This document shows positions 55,391-64,000 of a stretch of 64,000 bases of DNA, in pieces. A model generated the notes under the pieces. It did no database searches and was not told the DNA's origin. It was given only the letters and a program-made list of their open reading frames with translations. This stretch comes from Euprymna scolopes (Eukaryota). Numbering within the stretch: position 1 is the first letter of the stretch; each line of letters begins with the position of its first letter. A program made the translations under genes and the position numbers. The stretch lies in assembly GCA_053919585.1 (NCBI GenBank), contig CM132816.1; one strand, 5' to 3'.

Positions 55391-57018
55391 ACGTCCACTA
55401 AAAATGAATTAAGCTAAATTTTGAGAAATTCTTCTGTTTATAAAAACATTCTGGGTTCAAATTCATCCTGTTATCTGAAAATCAAACATATGCAGAAACA
55501 CGTAAACGATTCTTTTGTAATATTGCCAGGGGTTATTGTTGATCCTAATGGTTCGTTCTTCTCGATCTCTTCAATTAGTCCATTTCATTTACTGGCCAGT
55601 TTCGGTGCGGATATGGCAGTCAAAACTGCCATCTTCTCTCCGTCGGTGTCCTGTTCTTCTCGATAACTATTTTTACGAACGTTATTTAAAAAAAAAATAA
55701 AACAAATACAATTAGATTTCAAAAATCATTTTCGGGGTTTATTTCATGTACACGCAAAACAACCTTCATCTTTTCCCCAAGGGCGAGTAGGAAGCAGCTA
55801 TCTGAAACTCTAATCGCCTTCTCTGTTAATTTAGACAAAAGAAACTTGAGTCTCTCGACCAGAATGCAACATTCATTTACTGTATAAAATTACGTTACAG
55901 GCTGGACACATCGTCTTCTTCTAAGTTTAATTGAAATATTATGCTCTACCTAATTTCTAACTCTGAGTATACATATTTCAATGGAAATTGCTCAGACGAG
56001 ATACGAAACCACTTGATGTAAGGAGTTAAAACTTAAGGTAAAAAAAAACAAACAAACGCGGCAACGATAAATGTTATGTGGATAAATTCTGACCCAGAAT
56101 ACAATGTTTTCTCTTTTGTCAGAATCATCGTTTTTTGGAATGTGAAGACCAAAGGAAGAAGAAAAAAAAGAGAAGCGAGAGTTACGAGGCTAATCCTTTT
56201 CTTACGCACCGGTTTCTAATATTACTACAGCGTTTGAACTCTTATCATTGGCACTACCGGCGCATATGTAAATGACCTCTTCACTATACAAGTTTCTAAT
56301 GGTAATCGTATATATTCAAATATCGGAGTTCCTACACATTACAAATAGTCCTAAGTAATTGATAGATTACTTTATATTACTATTATTTTTTATCATTGGA
56401 TTTAAATCAACATAAAAAAATATCTACTTGAATATATTGACTTGGTTAAGATTAATAAGATTCATACAATAAGGCAAGCAATGAACGTGAACGTGCGAGA
56501 GAACAAAGAAATAACTCCGGTTCCGCTTAACACGCCAGGGTGCCACCTGCTGTTTGTTAAAAAAGAGGGCAGCCATGTTAGTTTCTTCTTGAATCGGACA
56601 ATATGCGAAACACATGCGTGTCTAGATTTATTTCAATGTGTTCATTGGCCGTAATTGACACCTTCGAAAGAATAAAATATTCACTCAATAACTTTTTCGT
56701 TATTAACAAGTTGTTTTTTTTTTTCCAGCAGAAGGTGGCAAGTTTCATATGACGCCAATCATGGACTTACATGATATTCATATCTCGTGATTGCATCCGA
56801 AAAGTGACGAGACTAATGTCACAACAAAAATGATTTCCATTACATGCGATTATTCAGTAAGATTTGTAATGTTTTACTGAGCCCGAGGTACGAAAAGAGT
56901 TAATAGTTGTTATTAAATTGGGAATAATTATATTTAAGAAATATATCTTTTTAAATATATTAATCACATATTATAATAAAACTATTTATAATGATAAAAA
57001 TTTATGATGATAAAAATA

Positions 57019-57069
57019 TCTACTATTATATAAAAGGAACTTTGTGTGTGTGTGTGTGTGTGTGTGAGA

Positions 57070-57107
<38 letters not shown>

Positions 57108-57723
57108 CCTCTATACTCGAAATCGGCTGGAGCGATTTCTCTGAAATTTCACAGAAATTTTCGATACAAAACTTATTTAAGAAGACTGACAGGCACAAAA
57201 TACTTTATGTGCCTGGGAGTGTTCTTAGATAGATTTTGTGTCGAAATGTCTTCGATAAGTAGCGATAATCGATAGTCGAAATAATCCAAAGGAAAATGTT
57301 CACCAAAGTTAACACCTTATACAGTCTAACATCACAAATGCATCTGGGAAGTTTTATTACCACACAAGTCTAAATGCCCGACATACAAAATTAACAGTAG
57401 GTTCTGTGATATGACGGGGTCTCGTTCGAAACGCTTTTGTTTAAAGCACAATTTCACCATAATACTTGAGTTTTCTATTTTAAACTTAAATTCAAGACAT
57501 TATCACCGCACTTGATTTTTGCATTATAAACTTGAATTCAAGATTTATATAAAAAAATTATAAAATCTACAGTAGGTTCTCTACAGTGCAATGTGGGCTA
57601 CAATGTATTATGGACTAAGTCATTGCGATGCACTGCGATTAGTCCCAAAGTACAGAAGGCAATCAATCGACTTGATTAAATATGGACAACTCACCAGTTT
57701 CGATCGTCGTGTATCTCTGCTAG
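57019..57723 (+). mobile_element. Non-autonomous Helitron-like element with internal (GT)n(GA)n
   Basis: A|TCTACTATTATATAAAAG start shared with 4519; ends TCTCTGCTAG|T with a weak upstream palindrome. Confidence 0.6.
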
Positions 57724-58178
57724 TCTATAAAATAAAATCTTTCGAATTTTGATAACAATTTTCTAATGTAACTTTAAAATATAAAAGTAGTAAATAATAA
57801 AAAGACTAATTATTTCCTATTAAAATATATTTATTCCAATGAAGGAGTTACTCCATAAAAAATTGTTTACATCATTAAATCATTAAATAATAAAAAAAAA
57901 TTAGAAAAATAAAAGAATAGCTACTAAAAATTCATTAAATAATAAAATCAGAACTAAAAGGAAAAAAGAATAGAAAAATAAGTAATTAAAAATGCTTATA
58001 TTTTAAACGATCCAATCCTGACCAGACACAGTTTTACAAAAATATACGAATGACAAATGTTACTCGCGCTACCTCTAATATTTAAGTTCAACATTTTCAA
58101 GTGGTGTCTGCACAAACGCTCTATGCACAGCTATTTTATATTGAGTGGGTTCCACATACAAATATGTAATTAATTTAT

Positions 58179-58219
58179 CCACTGACACGTGTTTCGTCGT
58201 CTACGACTCATCAGAGTGG
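58179..58219 (-). ncRNA. Minimal type I hammerhead ribozyme (Penelope-type)
   Basis: Minus strand CCACT-CTGATGA-GTCG(TAGA)CGAC-GAAAC-ACGT-GTC|AGTGG: 5-bp stem I, intact core, 4-bp stem II, palindromic stem III, GUC cleavage triplet. Confidence 0.92.
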
Positions 58220-58229
58220 CTGAACTATA

Positions 58230-59120
58230 TTTAAAAAAAAACAATATATATGCCGCTCCTCATATGGGGTATCAAATTAGTTCAAGGGAAAATTATTCCC
58301 AACTCGCATTTAGGTAAAAATGCACTTTCCTAAATAATTGAATTCATTCAAAACGTATCGCAANNNNNNNNNNNNNNNNNNNNNNNNNNNNNNNNNNNNN
58401 NNNNNNNNNNNNNNNNNNNNNNNNNNNNNNNNNNNNNNNNNNNNNNNNNNNNNNNNNNNNNNNNNNNNNNNNNNNNNNNNNNNNNNNNNNNNNNNNNNNN
58501 NNNNNNNNNNNNNNNNNATGACAGGAATATACACTTAATTCACGTCTATATTGTTTTAATTTCTTTCTTCTGCATGTCGGTATGTCTTTAATGTTTAAGT
58601 TATTACACGTGAATGTTTTTACTGTTTTTACTGGATTTTCATGTCTTTTCAGGCATTTCACTTTGTTTAAACATTAACTTTCATTTTTGAACCAATGAAA
58701 AAAAAATTACATTTTCTTATGTGATGAAATCCTGTAAAGTCTTTGATGATTTGTTTGTTTTAAGCAATTCAGTGGAACACGTGTAAGACGCAGTAATGTA
58801 AACAGTATTCAGAGAGCTGTAGCTGACACGATTTCGCTTTAATCCTCTGAAGGTTGTTTTTTTTTCATTTTGGTTCACTGCATCCAAGATGATAATAATC
58901 GTCGACATAATCGAAATAATATTAATCTTATTTGCTGAAGTCTTTATGTAAGCGTCTTTAATTCGACGCATTCTACGATGAATAACGAAAGGGTTTTCTG
59001 TTATTTTTATGCAAAGAACACAATTTGCTTTGCAAGTTTGTTTTTTTACATTACTTTTTAGTACATGTGTTGTTTGGTGGCCACACATTAGCACTACGAG
59101 GTTTAGGTTTAGGATGAACA
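58230..59120 (-). mobile_element. Possible decayed Penelope-like element 3' region (GIY-YIG remnant)
   Basis: Lies 5' of the hammerhead on the same strand; weak traces CVLC...NTVYITASYTC...FIGS; interrupted by a gap. Confidence 0.35.
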
Positions 59121-59456
59121 CATTAACAGAAAGACGGTGAGCTTGTCGTTAACGACACTCGCCTCTTTGTGCGACTATTTACTCGATTACTTCGTCTGGA
59201 AATAGAAACTTTACAAAGTAAAACATTTGATGCAAAAAATAAACCTTGGTGGATACAAGGCAAAAATTAAAAAAAAAAAACTAGCAAAAACCGTCGGCTC
59301 TGGTGACAGAGTTGACAGAAAGAAAAACTCTGAGAAAAAGAAGATAAAATGAACTCAATTAAATTAGAAAATAAAAAAAGCACACAAAAACACTAACCCT
59401 GCTCGCTGAAAACAGTGTGGTCGTATTTGATAGGCATTTATTACACTAGTAATATA

Positions 59457-59545
59457 CGTTTCTGAAGTTTTTGAGATGAGGATTGATTGTTCGAATTGGA
59501 GTCTTTAGACTACTGTTCTCATTTTGAGTCTTATTTTCACAACGC
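59457..59545 (-). repeat. Dispersed repeat fragment homologous to 8155-8250
   Basis: Alignment by eye. Confidence 0.65.
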
Positions 59546-59754
59546 ATATGCTGGACAATTCCCCTTTTAGCACAATATAGAATTTAACACANNNNNNNNN
59601 NNNNNNNNNNNNNNNNNNNNNNNNNNNNNNNNNNNNNNNNNNNNNNNNNNNNNNNNNNNNNNNNNNNNNNNNNNNNNNNNNNNNNNNNNNNNNNNNNNNN
59701 NNNNNNNNNNNNNNNNNNNNNNNNNNNNNNNNNNNNNNNNNNNTATAAAATCTA

Positions 59755-60334
59755 TCTATATATCTATAAAAGTGAACGAGTCCATCTGTCTGTCTGTGTA
59801 CATTTCTCTACACAATAACAATTTTAATCTACAGACTCGAAATTTGATATAAAGGGTACTGAGGTTTGGGAAAATCTTTGTAATTAATTTTCGGCCAAAA
59901 ATTTGGCTGTTAAGGGGTCAAAGTTCAACGATGTGACCTTTGAGAACTCTACCAAACTCCTCTGCCAATTTTGGGTATAAACAACTGAAATTTTAGATAT
60001 AGGTTCCTTGGACATGGATATAACTTAATAACTTGATTAGAGCCCAAAACAATAAATGTTAAGGGGTTATAATAGGGGTCAAAGCTAAAAAAAATTTGAC
60101 CTCTTCGGTCTCTACCAAATTATTCCGACAATTTCTGGTCTAAACATTTGAAATTTTACATAAAAGGTATTCAGAGATAGGACAAACTTTTTAATCAGTG
60201 TTTGGGCGGAAATTTGGCTGCCAAGAGGTCAAAGTTGAAAGAGTTGACATTTACAGACTCTATGCAACTCCTCTGCAATTTTGGGTCTAAAGACTTGGAA
60301 TTTTAGATGTAGGTTACCTAGAGATGAGTCAAGA

Positions 60335-60397
<63 letters not shown>

Positions 60398-60449
60398 TAA
60401 AGTTATGAACAGTGCATAAGACCCGAGCAAAGCTGGGCTGAACTGTTAG
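59755..60449 (+). mobile_element. Non-autonomous Helitron with ~150-bp internal subrepeats and (TA)n
   Basis: A|TCTATATATCTATAAAAG..(TCTG)n start; GAAATTT..ATA..GGT and GGGGTCAAAG motifs recur at ~59840, 59987, 60150, 60298; ends CCCGAGCAAAGCTGGG...GTTAG|T. Confidence 0.7.
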
Positions 60450-60639
60450 TGTAATATATAGAGTAAGAATATGTACTAAAATACAGTAATTCATATTCAT
60501 AGTTATAAGATTGTACGTCTAAAAACAAAAAAAAAGTTTAAGATTTCTAAAATACACACAAAAATTATTCGCAAGTGAATAAAGTACGTTGTAAAATTCA
60601 TTTGTAAATGATCATCTCCAGGAAGTTGAAGGTTCGGGC

Positions 60640-60850
60640 GACATTCAAAATACAATTGCGAATTACTGAGTCACGACTGACGGAACGAGGCATAAAACTC
60701 TGTGGATTAAATGAAGGGTTCCATTCGAAAGTCCGCGCAGATGCGCGAGTTCAACAAAATGATTCCCGGTTTAACAACATATAGCTGAAGAAGAGCGAAA
60801 TTTACATGAGCTGAAACATTGTTTGAATAACACTAAAGATGAGCATCTAA
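60640..60850 (+). mobile_element. Decayed repeat with hammerhead-like remnant (possibly Penelope-derived)
   Basis: CTGAAGA..AGC...GCT-GAAAC-ATTGT followed by AATAACACTAAAGATGA, which resembles the minus-strand start of the 8155-8250/59457-59545 fragments. Confidence 0.4.
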
Positions 60851-61499
60851 ATATTAGAAAATATACGCCCCCTTCCCCACTCCGGGTCGCATACTTTTTT
60901 CACTTGGAAGCAGGTTATTATATTACCCTACAACATTAAGGAGGAAGTAATGTCTGCGGGGCTAGTTACACCACAGTTAAACATTACCCTTCAAAGGAAG
61001 AATTAATACTTGATAATATGACAACAAAATAGATACTATATTAGCCCCTATCGCGGAAAAAAGATGGGGTATTAATGCCTGGGAAGATATTCTCATGTCA
61101 ACAGGACAGCACTACATTACTACTCCCTTACGGTTATACTTTGGAGGGTGGTATCATGTAAACAAAACAGATACTACACAGTGTGGTCTTTTGTATTGGG
61201 CATTAATATCAATAAAAGTATAGTTTCGGTTATAACAGACAGATACCAAATCTCCATGAATAACAAATCAAACTAGCAGCCACTTCCGGTTTCCATGTGT
61301 ACTATGGATCTCAGCTCTGAACTCTTAGCTCGAATGTGACACAAGGTCAGTTTAATATAAGGAATATCCAATTCCACATCAAGAGGCACTCTGGATGAAA
61401 CAACGATAAACATTGCTTCACGGTTTCTTTCTTTTTACTGATCTCAAAACTATTTACAATTCAATCCCAATTTGAATTCCAGCATTTTTTACAATGGAT

Positions 61500-62150
61500 T
61501 ACAGCTTATCAAGGCGCGAAGACGACTCGAGGATAAGGGTTAATGAGTGTAAGGTGATCAGTGAACTTGTTCATATTAGACTTGAAAGCGACCATGTTGT
61601 AGTCAGCTGGAAAAGAGTATTGCGGTATAGAGTTCCACAACGAGCAGTTATAAGAAAAGACACTTTGTTCACGGAATTTGCATTTAATTTTAGGCACAGA
61701 TAGAAAGTAGGGGAATTATTGACAGTGGTTGTAGCTAGTCGAGTGTTTGTTGTGAATGTTTTATTGGGGACCATAGACTGAAAGTCGAGCACTTGCCATA
61801 AAAAAAAAACGATAGAGCAGAAATAGACTCGTAACGTTTCTTCTGTGAGAAATAGATTGTAAGTTTAAGAAAATGACATCTGCTAGATTTTGAAGTCAAT
61901 TTTGTACCCTGTCCAGGCAGGAAAAAGTGGTTTGCGCAACTCCCTCTCAGATGTGTCAACAGTGCTCCATATTAAAACGCTATCAATAGATGTTTAGCGA
62001 AAACGTCAAGCACAGGTATTATTGCACATTGATCCCATAATAAAAACAGCAATGTAAACATTTGATTTATCTTCAAATTTTACTTGCTAAATGTCTGATC
62101 TTGATATAGGACTTCATTTTCAATTGCATCCGTAGACATAGAAAGACATA
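61500..62150 (-). pseudogene. CR1/Jockey-group LINE 3' fragment
   Basis: PKIKCKFREQSVFSYNCSLWNSIPQYSFPADYNMVAFKSNMNK (typical LWNSLP C-terminus) and upstream RYESISALSFFFY. Confidence 0.75.
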
Positions 62151-63413
62151 GAAAATATATTCTAAAGTCATCAAAACAAAGGGGCAGAGAAGCACATTTA
62201 TTTCCTCAACTCTAAAATTATAACTAATCTCTATATAAATAAAATGAAATCAGTTTCCCCTTTTGAGTTTGACCTTAATAGGATTAAAACTCCAGAGATT
62301 TCATGCAAATGTAATATGCACAAACTGCACCACATTATCTGAGGTCGTATATAGGACTATTACCTCTACACTTGCTCAATAATCGCATATTCCTATATTT
62401 TTTCTGGTGAGAGTTCACTGCCCAAATCTGTAAGAATCAATGGAAGTTGTAAAATATTTTCTCTCTATTTATTTCCTCCTTTCCCTGCTCCCCATTTACA
62501 CCGCCATTTCATCGTACACGAGAGACTAATACGGACGCACGCCGATTTCGGGGTTTGTAGTTGCATCCAAAAACTGAAATTGCGGGATACGCACCACGCC
62601 TAATTATACATTGCTTATTTACAATTTTTTCGAAACATTATTACACTAGGAAAAAAACCGATTCTCTCCTTTTGTTAGTGATTCCTTTTCTTTTCTTTTT
62701 CATTAACATTTCCTTTTACTTTACTTTCGTTTCGTTCAATGTTTTCTTTTTCTGTTTCCGTTTTTCCGATTACATGTTATTTTACAATTTCATATGGATG
62801 CTTTAGTAATATATTGAGATCAATAGTAAGTGCAAACAATAATTTTTGTTATTATTTTTCCGAAGATTGTACACTAGTAATAGGTATTAGCTGAAGTACA
62901 TGTCTACGTGGGTCAGAAAAAAAGTGGAACCACTAAAAAAATACAAAATTATCATCGGCCGATATCGGTCGCATAAGAACTTGTAATTCGAAATAGTTTA
63001 CACTGTTATCGAGACAAGCCTAAATGCTTAGAAGTTATCGTAGCCGTCATTTTTTTCTCATGTTAAACCGAATAAACCATGCGCGCTAATATACTGCAAG
63101 ACATTTATTAGAATACATGTACTGATCGTAAATACCCAACGCGCGTCTGTTTATAAGTTATATATTTTTTTATCTGTAACGTTTAAACTATTCTATTACA
63201 ACTAATTTAATAGAAATGTGCTAGAAACATGACGCAATCAAGTTATTGGTGAATGTTATGAAATTATAAATTGTAAATGATTTTGTCGGGGTTTCAAAGT
63301 CAGACCCAAATATTAACACGACTCACGTCCCTGGCCTTTGGAAGAGAAGTTCTTTGGCATCGCGACATATTTCTCGAAACATTTGGCATCCCTTACTAAA
63401 CATCTTCCAGCAG

Positions 63414-63416
<3 letters not shown>

Positions 63417-63484
<68 letters not shown>
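63417..63484. repeat. (TA)n microsatellite
   Basis: Seen directly. Confidence 0.95.
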
Positions 63485-63488
<4 letters not shown>

Positions 63489-64000
63489 TATTATTTTTTA
63501 TTAACATTTTATATGAAAATAAGCGGAACAATGTGAACAATTTTTTACTTTTATTTAAAAAATATGTAATGTTTATTTCTTATAACTGTTAACTTTCTTT
63601 TTTGTGCGAAACATTCTTAAACGTAAAAACACATTTTTTACAAAAAGTGCCATTATTACGCCAAGTTACTTATAAAAATAATACAAAGACTACTACAATT
63701 ACTACTAATAATAATCTGTCTAAGAATTTGATAAATTTCTTCAGTTAAAATATTTGTTGGAAGATGTTTCATCGGGAACACCAAATAATCTACCACCGTT
63801 TAGAAAACAGGGGGAGTAATGCAACAATGAATTGTGCCGAAAAATATGCAGGAATGCCAGCTCTTTTTAATTCATACATGACACACAAAATTCGTTTGAA
63901 CCCATACATGTCTCACAACACACAGAACTATTTAAAGTTCGTTATCCAATATGTTCGTGTTTGTACGAATACAGGTTCTAGACATGAAGTTAAGGCGGAA

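Noticed and set aside
55230-55680. Apparent minus-strand exons with AG/GT signals
   Set aside because: 55230-55390 is better explained as CR1 RT sequence; the rest gives no coherent protein.
62906-63330. Possible Tc1/mariner TIR pair
   Set aside because: Only ~9 bp of imperfect inverted match and no TA TSD on the right.

Overview
AT-rich eukaryotic (animal) DNA with five N-gaps and no host gene that I can support. The repeat families resemble ones I recall from coleoid cephalopods (unverified). About half the window is tandem repeat: a 24.3-kb 22-bp satellite with higher-order structure (19.5-43.8 kb), 20-, 28- and 9-bp arrays, and many mini/microsatellites. The rest is decayed transposons: L1/Tx1, R4/Dong-type RLE LINEs, RTE, CR1-like LINEs, Penelope-like remnants, non-autonomous Helitrons, hAT ends/MITE and a SINE-like element, plus a tRNA-Cys pseudogene. 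Most notable: (1) a triplicated ~385-bp unit downstream of the Tx1 RT with many stems showing compensatory changes and G-U/G-T wobbles that only pair on the strand antisense to the RT; (2) a consensus-perfect minimal hammerhead ribozyme at 58179-58219 (-) and a decayed one at 48773-48819 (-); (3) several tandem arrays that arose inside transposons. Boundaries of decayed elements are approximate and were read by eye.
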